Below, piece after piece: positions 50,030 to 63,300 of a DNA stretch of 64,000 nucleotides. The notes under the pieces are model-generated. The model was not told the DNA's origin. It saw nothing but the letters and a program-made list of their open reading frames with translations, and searched no databases. The translations under genes and the position numbers were made by a program. The stretch spans positions 10,354,001 through 10,418,000 of the forward strand of contig OZ210885.1 of NCBI GenBank assembly GCA_964658305.1, in the 5' to 3' direction. Origin of the DNA: Leptogorgia sarmentosa. Taxonomy: Eukaryota. The stretch's first letter is position 1. Each line of letters starts with the position of its first letter.

Positions 50030-50570
50030 CAATCTTGGGGCTCTCCAGAGCGTCGTTTGTTGAAAACAATCATCCTCTTAAGATACAACTCGGCCAAATC
50101 TTGCCAGATCTCATTTGCTGAACACAACCCTAGCCGTTCGGTTAACCCTTTCATCTTAAAAAAAATCATATGTTTGATAAACCATAAGTTAAGCATTACA
50201 CACTAGAATTGGTAGCCTATTCGCCTATATGTTATTTACCGGCTCCTGATCAAACGACATTTGAGAACGATACAATATTTTCGCCCAAACAATAAAACAT
50301 ACATACTTAGACCATTGGCCGTCATTAGATACTAAGGAAGCCAACATCAACATCTTACTTTCTAGTGGCATCACTACAGCGAATGGTCTGGCTTTTTACG
50401 ATCAGTGCTGCCTTTTTAATAGCGTAACCAATCTTGAGGGCACTCGATGGGGCCTTATACTGGTTTAGATGGTTTCTGTCCTTTTCCATCCAAGCCGCTG
50501 ACCGTGCATCCGCCCGGCCTTCAAAGAGGAAATCCAACATCTCCGGCTTCACTGCATCCTTCAACTGCAT
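50030..50570 (-). pseudogene. Scrambled fragments of a tyrosine-recombinase-like TE protein (Crypton-type, inferred)
   Basis: YKAPSSALKIGYAIKK and WQDLAELYLKRMIVFNKRRSGE, motifs I recall from metazoan integrase-like TE proteins. Confidence 0.5.
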
Positions 50571-51638
50571 GAACGATTTCGTTGTTCTCCATTTCCGTGA
50601 TCTTTTTGGATGGTGGTTAGTCCTTCGTTTCATATCATTGTTCACCAGAATGAATGTAGTCGTGGTGAGGAGTGCGGGTGCGAAATAGCCAATGGAACTG
50701 CCAACCAAGATTGCCTTGTTTCGGAAAAATGTTAGGACGTCTTTTGGAAAAAGGCTTGAATAGGAATAGTGTTTTCTCGAAACGCGCCTTTCAAGGGATG
50801 TCCAAGTACTTTCGTGCTGTCGAGCGACATTTGTCAAAGGATTAAAATAAACACAATCGTATTGTCCGATATTTAATACGAGTAAATTGTAATTAACTGA
50901 AACAATATATACAAATGAAAACAACCTAAGTTCAAAAATAATTTCAACACTAAGTCTAAATGTGACCTTCCATGGGATTTCATACGTTAACGATTTTTCG
51001 TTGAAACGGCAAAACAAACAGTAAACGAACGGATAGCAAACGCTTTGTGTAAACGTTTCAACGATCTTTCAAAACGTTCGAACGATATCGGCAAAAAAAT
51101 TTAACGGAAAATCCCAAAAATTTTAACGGTTTGAAAAACGTTTTCGTGAAGCCGTTCAAACGGTATACTTTGAAACGTTTATCGACACAGTCATTCAGTC
51201 AAACGCTTTTGTGAGCAAGCTTTAAAACTTGAGAATTGCAATTGGCAACAACATTGCCACAAAATTTAGCTATATAACTCCGTAGTACTATACCGCCTAT
51301 ATGGCGCCGGAAGTAATTAGTATGCAGAAGTGTGTCCAAGATAGCGCCGGAAGTAAATAGTATGCAGTGCGCGCCGGAAGTAAATAGTATGCATTAGGAA
51401 TATAGCGGAAAAAGTAATTAATATGCGCGCCAGAGGTAATTAATATACGGGAGCGAGTAATTAGTATCGGTGTATTATTAACATTTTCAAAAAATATTTA
51501 CAGTTAAATAGAGTGCCAGAGGCATCCACAGAGTGTAATTTCACCGCACTCAATGCAAAAATTGAAAGTTAATCGATTGAATATTTCTTTTACAATGTCT
51601 ACGGATTTTTTGTGCACATGTGTCCCGCAGCAGTTGGT

Positions 51639-52490
51639 TTATTGCGGCTCTTCCTCTTCGTTTTCAAACACAACCAGCATATTCCGTACGTGCTCCCTGT
51701 TCGTTCGTGCATCGTTTGGCCTTGATTTTGGCAGCAGTACCCTTCGTGTTCGTGCCTGTTTGCGGGGCCCTCTAGGTGGTAACGCTAAGGCGGTGGTCTT
51801 TACTTCCAACCTTGCTGCGTGCTTCTGTTGTACAGCCATGTCGATAGAGTTTACTTTTCTTTTCTTCAATACGTCATCATTCTGCACAGGAATATTTTTT
51901 CTCTTACCAGGGGAAGGCCTTCGTGGCTTGGCTACCGGCTTTACATTGCTTAGCCTCCTTTTCAATTGTTTTAGCACAGCACCCTATACAAAATTTGAGA
52001 TGTATAAGCTCCAGAAACATAATTCAAGCTCACTGAAAAACCATGAATGCTGCAGTTGATGATCAAGTACAATATGCATTTTGCCACGGAAACCATGAGA
52101 CATTTTTATTACAGTGGTTTAGCATATACCATTAATTAATAGACACAATCCCATTGCACCTAACAGTCTAGAACATAATATTCAGTATGTGGCTTAAAGG
52201 TTGTTACTTACATGGCCGGTTTCTTCATCATTGAGACAAGGATACTTCCGAATGAGCATCCTTGCCATTGCTTCTAACTCCCCCCTTTCGGGGAAGCGAT
52301 TAAATGGTGCTGAGGAAGCGGCCGACACCATGTTGTTGATTGTGCCACGTATTAGCCGCTCCCTCAGCTTTTTTTCCAACTTTCCATGTTTATTTATTGC
52401 TGTTTCAATTTCGACATCACTGTAACATATGTAATGAGGTTTTTCCGTCATTCCTGAAATCGAAGAAAAATCAGTGTTATCGTCAATCAT
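51639..52490 (-). pseudogene. Two exons of a SAMD3-like / CMC-EnSpm accessory protein remnant
   Basis: RERLIRGTINNM...FPERGELEAMARMLIRKYPCLND..GH|GTAAGT (donor at 52211), spliced in phase 0 to GAVLKQLKRRLSN (from 51983); part also duplicated at ~47474-47621. Confidence 0.55.
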
Positions 52491-52509
52491 TCAATATCAA
52501 TGTTATAAA

Positions 52510-52910
52510 CACCAAAGCTTCTGAAGCATACAGTCATCAGTATGGTTGGCGTCTTTCTAACTATGCAAATCATGTTGTAGTTAAAAGTTTCTCTGGTGCT
52601 ACTGTTAATGACGCGGAAGATTATTTAAAGCCGGTTCTTCGTAAAGAGCCAAATAAAATCATTTTGCATGCAGCAACAAAACAGAGTAGCTGAAGGTATT
52701 GCAAACCTAGGCACCCAAATTAAAGAAGAATCCCCAACAACCAGCATTGTGATCTCAAGTATATTACCAAGATCAGATAATGAAGATTTATCAACAAAAG
52801 CATTAGAAGTAAATAGACTTACTAAATCAATTTGCTCCAAAAACAAATTATTTATATTGAACATAAAACGGTGAACAAATCGTGCCTTAATTCACGTGTC
52901 TTGCATTTAA
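52510..52910 (+). mobile_element. CR1/L2-type LINE ORF1 SGNH-esterase fragment
   Basis: VVVKSFSGATVNDAEDYLKP...IILHAAT / IVISSILPRSD...VNR / CLNSRVLHL across frameshifts. Confidence 0.8.
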
Positions 52911-53906
52911 GTAGTTGACCTGCATCTAAGGACGAAAGCGGACTTATAACCTAATTATTATCATTATCGAGACGAAAACATAAGGAAAATTGCTTATTCT
53001 TATTGGTTGCCGCTTCTGAATTTGCATGCTTTGGTCAAATTGTTGGTTGCTATAGGTTGTGACGAAACGGGACGAATTCTGGATAAGGCCTATACTTTAT
53101 ACGTCGCTCTTAATTCTGACAAACTTTATAGCGTCAAAAATGGTAATTGAGATGTAATACTCTTATTATCCTTGTTTGAATTGCATTTTACACGAGGCAA
53201 GTTTGACATAACAGCGACGTATAAACTAGGCCTAAACCATGCGTATGATAGCTGCGTTCATATGTCTGCATGTTGGGTATTTCGTGAAGCGGAACTTTCA
53301 ATCGATCGATTGTACCATAGCTTACCATATAGTTATACCGACTTACAATATTCGAAAAAGGTCGTAGACATCGTCATAGTTGCGTTTCAGATAATTTCCA
53401 GAGTGAAGGAAATACTTTATTTCAGTGAAGAAAATTTTTCAAAACAGGAGTTCTCATATTCAAATTAGCCATAAATTATTGTGTTAGTTGGCAGATCGAA
53501 TTGATTAATGCATAAAAAAGCACAATGACAAGATCATCAAAGTACTTAGGCTTCAAATATTTAGATTGAGTTATAGCTGAGAACGCCTAATAGTGATCAT
53601 GGAGAACGAAATTGTTAATTTGAATGTTGTATTTGTTAATAATATCTTCCAAATTTTGTTTACAATCCTACCCCATATACATTAATATTATTTCGCGAGT
53701 TATTTCCCTGAATATCCGGCAAGAGATGTATTCAGCGAATTGGAAAAATGCGAACATCTGTTCAGGAGTCCGACAGCCGAAAGTGTGCAACCCTTTAGAG
53801 AAATAGTCCAAGATGTTGGCGCTGTAATGTCTTTGTACACTAGACAAAGCTATCCCAGAGTCCGGAATAGTACATTCAATGCAAATTGAATGAGATCAAC
53901 TGCATA

Positions 53907-54127
53907 AATTTTTTTTGAAATCACTTCGCGAAAAGAAGAAAAGCTTGAAAGAGAGCAAAAAAATGAAAAGGAACCAACTCGCTGCTGGCGAGTCGGGACC
54001 ATATCCTCTGAGCTAACGAAGCTCGACAAAATTGACGGTAAAAACCTTTTATATGAATTGATTTTGCAATACAATATATAAAGTACGCGCGGTTACTAAG
54101 CAAGTGATCCCAAAAATTTTTTTTGCC
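53907..54127 (-). mobile_element. Diverged copy of the MITE at 44726-45093
   Basis: Shares CGAGCTTCGTTAGCTCAG...GGTCCCGACTCG and TTTTTTGGGATCACTT. Confidence 0.65.
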
Positions 54128-55497
54128 AACAGCATACGTTTAGTTATCATCTCGCTATGAATGTATCCTGAAATTGCAGTGTTAAGTGCATTGTTCATGG
54201 TGAGTCCAACCACGACAGACAGAGCAGTCCGTTTTGTTCTACCAATGCTGTGGACTCTAGAAACTTAGTTTCCCCTGGCGGAGTAGCCGCAATTGATGGG
54301 ACCAGACGCGAGATACAACGACCTCAAACTGAACCACAGCAGCAGTTCTATGGTGCCAGCGACTTAAATAGGGTGCTTTGCGATTGTTTGTGAAAAATTT
54401 GGCTCTCTAAAAACCAAATTTACCCTTAAATATTCTGTCCATTCATGCAGCATTTGCCTAGACGCTAAAGAGTATGTATGATCGGTATGTGTGTAGGTTC
54501 AAAACAGAATACTTGAAATTGTATCTGATTTCGTTTGTTTTGTCTCGGGCATAATAAACGCAAAAACCCGTTTTAATACAGGCTACAAATTCTATTTTCC
54601 TGGGATTGAATGTTTCAACCATTCTGTATGGCAAAGCGTCAAAATATGGTAGATATTCCATGATCACAATGACACCGCGGGTCCGCGGGCAGTCCAAACA
54701 TATACAAATGTGTCAGTGCCGACACGCTTTACTTGTAAAGGAAGCTCATATAACTATCAGGCAGTAATCAATGCTTGAAATTATATTATATATTTACCTG
54801 CTCAGATTCTTCACTTTCGACGATAGTTCTTGAAATAAGGAAAAACACTTTAGCGTGCCTTTCATAGTATCGATCAGAAGGGACATTTTTCCGAAATCTT
54901 TGTATACTGAACTAACCTTGCCTCAGGCGGTAAATCCGCCATGAGCAATCTTCCATTATCTGAGCCATCAAGCAGTGATGATCTGCCTCTTAATACTTGT
55001 TGCTCGTTTCTCTCTCTCAGAAAATTTCTTTCTTCTTTCAGACGCTAAAATGGCAGGACATACAAACGTGCTACATGAAGAGTGCACAACATAGTGATTC
55101 CTAAAACGAAGTATCGTATCAAATCACGCATAATTTGCGTGAAACACATGCATTGCCTTAATTATTTTACTTTCTCCTGTCAAATTGTGTCATCGTTCTG
55201 TTTGACCACAACTTAAAAATTGTAATTCATACCTCATTTTCCCCCTGCAGCTGAACAAGTTTAGCCGCGAGACGCCTGTATTCAATCTCAGCCTAAAAAT
55301 AGAACGTGTATATTATATATTTAGTTGAGTGAAACATTTCTTAAGATCCAGGACTCGTTCCGGTCAAAAACAGAAAAGACTGAAGCAAAATATTTTGATA
55401 AATACTGGATAGAAATCGACAGAAATATTCATGAGAATCTTTTGTGTTGTACACGTGGGCTTTCTAATAAATTGTTCTCGATAAAAAGCGAATGCAG

Positions 55498-55792
55498 TAA
55501 TTAACAATTATTGGATGAGGTTTTTGTGATATGCGGAATTATCAAGGTCGATGTAAGCGTTATGAGCCGAGCCGAAACCGAATTCAAAAATTGTTTTATT
55601 ATACATTTGAAGAATAATAAATAAAGTATTAATGCATGAAAAACTTCATTTATCAAAACATAGGCTCATTTTGTACATAATTAGTTATCTGCTAGCAGAT
55701 AACTGGATTTCCTGTAGGTTGCGTGATTGCGCGATTTAACTGTAAGCTCTTAGCCAATCAGATTGCTTTTACCATCTACAATGTATAATAAT
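55498..55792 (+). mobile_element. Family F copy 2 (one hairpin arm deleted)
   Basis: Reverse complement of 17373-17722 with a deletion beginning at the apex GCCGAA. Confidence 0.85.
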
Positions 55793-56465
55793 CCACCTTG
55801 TCCGCTCTTTGAGCATTTTCCGCCACCGAGGTTTTTAAGTGATCAACCTGCAAATAAATAAATGTAAAATATTCAATGCGAAATCCAAACACGTAGGTTT
55901 CTCCTCGTGTTCTGGAGACACAAGTTTTATTGCCTATTAATTTTCAAGAAGATTGAAAATGATCTCCGCAACCTTGTTGTATTATACAAACGTAAAATAC
56001 CTGCTTCTTGTAATTTTCGAGGATTTTTTTCATAGCATTTTTGTTCCCGTAGATCCTAAAGATAATTACGAAAGAATTTTTTCACTGTTTAAAAATCTCC
56101 CACAGAACACTTGAATGAAAAAACACAGGACACACGAACGATCCATCCAGTCACGCACTTCTTGCTCGTCAATTTCTTGCTGCATATTTTTTTTTGTAAT
56201 TTCCGTCAATTCCTCTAAATAACGTAAGAAAAAGCAATCAAGTTACCATGAAGATTAAACACAACTTCAGTAACTAATCAATGATGGTATTAAGAAATAA
56301 TAAAAAATCCTTACTCAACTTTTTCTTGTACCCCTCAATAATGATTCATATTTAGCCTAAAGGAATGAAAGCGTCTGATTACTTCACATCACGACATCAC
56401 GGTTCATTTACAGCAACAACTAAGTCATCGGCTTCACAATTTTTAGATCAATTTCTTATAGAAAT

Positions 56466-56587
56466 ACCATAGTAGCCCAACGCACGCATGACGTAACATT
56501 CAGTAGTCTAATATGATCATATATATCATAATATATCATATTATACTACTGGATGTTACGTCATGCGTGCGTTGGGCTAGCTATGGA
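56466..56587. repeat. Short foldback palindrome (MITE-like)
   Basis: TAGCCCAACGCACGCATGACGTAACAT / ATGTTACGTCATGCGTGCGTTGGGCTA. Confidence 0.8.
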
Positions 56588-56759
56588 AATAGTTCTCCAG
56601 CCGTATTATAACAAGATATGATCTTATATCCACGTATAACATGTGCATTTATATTTAATAAAGCACCGATCGTTCTACATGTGTTGTTAGACTATTGAAA
56701 GTTTGTGCACGATGGCGTTTCAACATGAGGCTGAATGGATAACACATTAAAAAACGTAC

Positions 56760-58126
56760 GACAGTTTCTTTCGTGTGGCGAAGGACATGTACTTCATCTC
56801 GTAACTCTCGTGATTCTTGAGCCAGACTTTGAAGTTGTGCTATCTATAATACAAAAAAACACGACTCAAAAACATGTCAGTGCTTTTTATCTTTTAATAT
56901 AATTGCTTCTCTTTAAATTCGATCTACTCACTCGCTCACACAAACTTAAGTGTTCTTTCCCGTATGAGTCGCATCTAGTACGAAGTTCATCCCGATCTAT
57001 AAATAATAGTGAAATTTGTAAAGAAAAAACCGACTCTTGAAAAAAGAAAGAAAACAAAACAAACAATCCAGTAGTAGGAAGAGTTTCAACACGAACATAC
57101 TTGACTCAAGAACGCCGTTCTCTTCCCTTAGTTGTTCCACCTCTTCCCTTAATTGTTCCGCCTCTAGTCGAAACCTGAAACATTCATCAGGATCTCTGCA
57201 AAAATAATTGTCTGTCAGGGACTGTAGTATCTTCATATCTCTGATTTTATGAGTAATACAAGCAAGCATTTCAAACGCTTCTTGAAAACTTTCCAGTAGT
57301 TACTGCATACCGTAAACACATTGTTTATTGGACAACATAGAACCATAGAACTTAATTATACTATAGTCTTAAAATGTAATGCAATGTTAATGCAACAATG
57401 GGGGGCTCAACTTGCTTTGCCCTGCATCGCACTTGTGCTTTACTGCAGTGTATAGTCCACTTCAGGAAAAAGATTTATAAATTTTTAAAGCAGTTTACGA
57501 ACCCATGTTGGGTGTTACGAGTTCTTAACCGATTTTTAAGAACTCGCACTTTTAGTTCTTCATTTTCCGCTTCGAGAATAGAGTTGTTCTCTCTCAACAA
57601 TTATAACTACATTATAAGAATTAAAACAAATTTATATGTATACCTACAAGCCATCACTTTTCTTTATTGATTGTTGCAAACTTATGCTGAAAAAACCTGG
57701 TTTAGTCATTTACTCAGCGTTACACAATGTAATATGTGCCACTAAAAAAAATTAATGATCGACCATAACAGTACATATGCTCATACTTGTCCATCTTGTT
57801 CATGACATCTTTGCGAGATGTCTTCATTTTCTCGAATTGATAAATTCAATCGATGCTGAGAAAATACACATAATTACACGGTGGAATTGTACTGTATCTC
57901 CTCATATTTTCTTCTATTTAGTCCATTTTTCACTACACATAAACAGTTACAGTTGCAGTGTGTTTAAAAACAATCCTGTATCTCTAGATCTTGAAATGCA
58001 TCATAATAAATATCAACAGGACTTGAAACATCCTCATTTTGTAACTACACCAACAAAAAAATGTTCAAATTTATTTTTCTGTTCATTTTTCAATACATAA
58101 TGAGAGGCGCTGCACAATATACTTCT
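56760..58126 (+). repeat. Segment Y copy 1 (block of Hook exons), duplicated at 58832-60140
   Basis: Direct ~1.35-kb repeat, colinear with substitutions and one indel. Confidence 0.9.
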
Positions 58127-58129
58127 TTT

Positions 58130-60140
58130 TATATTTCACCACTTCTAAAAACCTGGGAAGATTTTTTCATGATACGAAGATAGACTAATTCAGTAATGTA
58201 ATATTGGCCAGTTTTTGAAAAGCTTCGGAAATATATCTTTCACGTGATATAATGATACGAAGTCGGACTATAATTACGTATCGTAATATTATACATTGTA
58301 GGTAAAACAGTATTATGTCAATGGACATAAAAACAAAACGCAAATGTGTCGATAGATAATCAGCAAGTAGCAAGGGCCGAAGTCCCTGCATCTGTGAGCT
58401 GTCAAACTTGGCACTATATTTATCTAACTAAGCCAAAGATAATGCAAAGCGACAGGGATTATAAATACGAGATGTAAAATGAAATACAGTTGGATCTGTG
58501 TAACCTCTTTCGGGACACTGTATGGACTGACAACTGCATACATACATACAAACTGCTAGTAAATACACATTGTCTGAATGAACATGCCAAATATTTCTGA
58601 AACGAACATGCCACCTTTGCGTCTCCCTTTTGACACAACCAACCGAAGCGCAGTCCGAGTTTCCAACTGATCTCTATGTGCGTCTGCTGTCTACCATTTC
58701 CGCACTCACGCACCGGTCGTGAAAGAGTGCTACCCGGCAACTAGGTGAGCGAGCGCATGAAAAAAGCAGTGAAGAGAAAGTTCGCCGGCAACGTCGTCTC
58801 CCTGGAAATAAAACAACCACGTTGGTTTCAACGACAGTTTCTTTCGTGTGGCGAAGGACATGAACTTCATCTCGTAACTCTCGAGATTCTTGAGCCAGAC
58901 CTTGAAGTTGTGCTACCTATAATACAAAAAAAAACACGACTCAAAAACATGTCAGTGCTTTTTATCTTTTAATGTAAATGCTGCTCTTTAAATTCGATCT
59001 ACTCACTTCCTCACACGAAACTATGTGTTCTTTCATGTATAAGTCGCATCTAATACGAAGTTGATCCCTATCTATAAATAATGGTGAAATTTGTAAGGAA
59101 AAAACCGACTCTTGAAAAAAGAAAGAAAACAAAACAAACAATCCAGTAGTAGGAAAAGTTTGAACACGAACATACTTGATTCAAGAGCGTAGTTCTCTTC
59201 CCTTAGTTTGACTACCTCTTTCCTCAATTGTTCAACCTCTAAACGAAGCCTGAAACATTCATATTCTCTGCAAAAATAATTGCCTGTCAGGGACTGTAGT
59301 ATCTTCATATCTCTGATTTTATGAGTAATACAAGCAAGCATTTCAAACGCTTCTTGAAAACTTTCCAGTAGTTACTGCATTTCGTAAACACATTGTTTAT
59401 TGGACAACATAGAACCATAGAACTTAATTATACTATAGTCTTAAAATGTAATGCAATGTTAATGCAACAATGGGGGGCTCAACTTGCTTTGCCCTGCATC
59501 GCACTTGTGCTTTACTTTTACTTTTTTTGTTTTCGGTTCTTAGCTGTTTTTTAAGAACTTGAATTTTCAGATCTTCATTTTCAACTTCTAGGAACGAGTT
59601 GTGCTCTCTCAACATTGATAACTACATTGTAAGAATTAAAACAAATTTATATGTATACCTACAAGTCATCACTTTTCTTTATTGATTGTTGTAAACTTAT
59701 GCTGACAAAACCTGGTTTAGTCATTTACTCAGCGTTACACAATGTAATATGTGCCACTAAAAAAAATTAATGATCGACCATAACAGTACATATGCTCATA
59801 CTTGTCCATCTTATTCATGACATCTTTGCGAGATGTCTTCGTTTTCTTGTATTGATAAATTCAATCGATGCTGAAAAAATACACATAATTACACGGTTGA
59901 ATTGTACTGTATCTCCTAATATTATTTTCCATTTAGTCCATTTTTTACTACACATACACAGTTACAGTTGCAGTGTGTTTAAAAACAATCCTGTATCTCT
60001 AGATCTTGAAATGCATCATAATAAATATCAACAGGACTTGAAACATCCCCATTTTGTAACTACACCAACAAAAAAATGTTCACATTAATTTTTCTGTTCA
60101 TTTTTCAATACATAATTGAGACGCTGCACAATATACCTCT
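58130..60140 (+). repeat. Second copies of segments X and Y, directly fused
   Basis: Junction TTGGTTTCAAC|GACAGTTTC at 58831/58832 joins sequences that lie 9.7 kb apart in the first copy. Confidence 0.88.
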
Positions 60141-60302
60141 TGAATGGCATCCATGATTACTTCTTGCACGTCATCTGCAAGTTTCATGATTTTTGTTATG
60201 AATTCTAATTCAAGAACCAAAGGAACTTTACATGGAAATGTAATGAAATGGAAAGAAAATTGAATATTTACTTACAAGCCAAATTAAAAAAAAGGCCAGA
60301 GC

Positions 60303-63300
60303 CAGGGGCGTAGCGAAGGCTATGTGATTGGGGGGGTAGGTGCCTCAAGTTTGCCGACAAAATGGGCGTGGCGTAGGTGTGGTTTGGGCGTGGTTTTCGA
60401 AATGCGTTAATTTTTTATAAGAATTGTCAGATAAAAATTCTTTGACTTTTTAATATCTAATAAGATATTTTCTATTTACACGTTGTGTCGATATTAGAGT
60501 AAGTTCTGGACAAGTTTTGAGCAAGCCAAACGTTGCACAAACAAAATAAATTACATAGAACAGATAACCACTAGTAACTAAATAGTTCTTTGTCAACAAA
60601 ATAATTATGTGCAATTCCGATTAAACGTCAGCGATAGCAATTCTCCTTGTTTTCAAACTAGCCCATCCGGTGGCTAGATCATGGACAGGTATGTCATCCG
60701 TAATGTCCTTTTCACAAGTCATTAACATGAGTTCTTCTAATCTCTCGTCGCTGGTCCTTGATCTGCACAGGTTTTTCACAATTTTTAACTTACTAAAAGT
60801 CCTTTCATCCTTCGCAACAGTCACAGGAGCAGTTAATGCTGAGCGGAATGCTTTGTTGGTCAGCGGGAATACCGATTTCATTCCCTCTGCTTTTTTGGCG
60901 GCACTGGAAATATCTTAAACATCCGCGTTTGTCGTTTGAAGATGCAAACTAAAGGTCTCTACTAATGTCTGCATTAGAGCATCAGGATCTGGTCTATCTT
61001 TATCAGGATGAAACTTCGCCAGTTCTTCAAAGGTTTCAAGTGAGGATGGTTCTGTACCGGGATGTAGGGTTTCGAGTAGAGGTTTAATTTTAGCAGCACA
61101 GTTTTCCAAGACATCCGTAAACGTGTTGATCTGCGTGTCCAGGACGGCCTTGAATTCTTTGCGATAAAACGACTCCACGTTTAAACTTGCGGTGGTATTG
61201 GGATTGTCGTCAATTCTTCGTGGAGGCTTTCTTTGGCGATGATGTCGTCGAAAATCGCTGTCAACATCTGTTCCAACCTTCTCGGCAAATGATGAAGCCG
61301 CTTGGATCTTTGCATTCATTCCTTCGATGTCATTACTAACGTTTTCCAGGCTCTTTACTGTCGATTCCATGATGAGAATGGCATCCATCACGTTGAGGTC
61401 TTCACTTTGAAGTGTTTCTGTCATTTGCTTAGTCTTGTACATAATGTTCTTCATGAACATGATTGACACAATGAAATCAAGGCGCAGCAACTTGGAACGT
61501 AAACCACAAGCAGAGGAAGCAGTACCGTCGTCCCTCGACTCCTCTAGCTTGGAAAGGCTGTCTAGAATGGCTTCGTAGCTGGTCCATACTGACTTTGATT
61601 CGGCCCGAGCTGCCCAACGAGTTCTGGAGAGATTTCGAAGGTTAAGTGGGTTGTCTAATATTCCATCGACTGAATCGACTCTTGCAGGGAAGAGCTGCGT
61701 TTTGTACTACCGGTATAAAATACGAAGAGTGCTTCCAAAACATTAAAAAGTTCAGTGACTATGGGGCTTGCCTTGCAACTGTGTTCTATGACGGTGTTCG
61801 AACGATGTGCCAAACATGGAATGTATGGAACAATTCTTCCGAGCTTGTCCTGGAGTTTCTTTTGTACACCGTTGAACCTGCCCGACATTGATGCAGTGTA
61901 ATCATAGCTTTAGAAACACAGCTCATCCAGATTCAATCCTTGTTTTGTTAAGGATTCAATAATCTCATCTGCTCCTCCTGCACCAGTCTTGTCTTTGGCT
62001 TCAGTTAGCGATACTAAACGTTCTCTTGGATGACCCATCTGATCCACATACCGGCAGGGAATACCAAGGCGATCTTTGTGCGATACATCTGGTGTTTTAT
62101 CCGCCATAACCGAGTACATACCAGCATCCTCGATTTCTCTAACTATGCGTTGTTGAACCTCGTGCCCAATGAGTTCAATAAACTCGTTTTGCGATTGGGC
62201 ACTTAAGTAGGTGACGTGGTATGGACGCATTCGCGACGTATCTAACCAATGCCTAAGTTCCGGGCAGTACTTTGCCACTAGTTGTACAATTTGTTTAAAG
62301 TTCCCGTCATCATCGCTCTGGTGACCGCGGAAGGCAATCCCTTGACGTCCAAGGGTCTTAGTAATATCCAACAAGATCTCAATTACCCTTCTATTTTGCT
62401 GAAGATCTTTCCCTTCTTGAATGAGGGCGAACCGCTTGGTTTTATCCAACAGGACATCGATGTGTCCAGAGGTTTTGGCGAAGTGAGCATAGGAAAGGAG
62501 CGCACTCTTATGGGCTTGAGATGAGAAATGCTTCGCGAGTTTTCCTTGCTTTTTCGTACCAGAACTTTTGAACTTGTGCCACGATCGGACACCTTCGTTG
62601 ACCCATGCACTGTCAGCCTTTTCTGCGCCAGGACCGGTACCAAACAAGCAGCAAACAAAACAAAAAGCGGAATCCTTTGATATGCTGTACTCTAGGTGAG
62701 GATACTCCTTAAACCACGCTGAATTGAAACACGAATGCTTATGATCTTCATTTGCAATCCTTACAGTACCTGGATATTGTTGTAAAATAGGTTGATGCGG
62801 TCCAACTCTGATAAGATACTTTTTTTGGTTTTCCGTCAGGCTGGTAGATCTTTCCCCAGGATCAAGCAATGGCAAAGTAGTATCCTCGTTGTTTTCGTCC
62901 AGGTTACCTTTTGAACTTTCAAGTTTTTCAAGGACCTTGGATGATAGTTCCAAAAGTTGGTTTGAGGATTCTTTCACCTGCTTGGCGAATTCTATCATTT
63001 TGATTAAAAAATATTCTTGATTGACAATTTCAGTTGATTCAATTTCATTCACAATGGTTTCGCTTGTACGAAGTTTCGACTTGAGATATTGGAGGTGACC
63101 TGCACAGTCTATCCATGTTTCTGATTGAAGTACTTCATCTTTTTCTTTCATTTCATTTTTTTCGAATTCCAACATCTGTAAATTTAACAAATAACAATAA
63201 CTCAATAAGAAGGTATTATTGATCAGTTCCTTTGCCTTTGGTAAGCTTGTATGTTTGCGTGGTGGTATTGTTAATATAATACTTTTGTTCATGTAGATTA

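Larger units (their letters stand above)
54798..60204 (-). pseudogene. HOOK: Hook-family microtubule-tethering protein pseudogene (multi-exon, partial)
   Basis: GT-AG exons in Hook order: EFITKIMKLADDVQEVIMDAIQE (60137-60204), EDISQRCHEQDGQ, LRENNSILEAENEELK, FRLEAEQLREEVEQLREE, LAQESRELRDEVHVLRH, EGYKKKL, ILENYKKQ, AENAQRADK, LMADLPPE; stops at 59811-59813 and 57601-57603; frameshifts near 56340 and 56040. Confidence 0.8.

Noticed and set aside
47017..56759. A single 9.7-kb transposon inserted between X and Y
   Set aside because: No matching termini, and its right part contains the natural continuation of the Hook exons.
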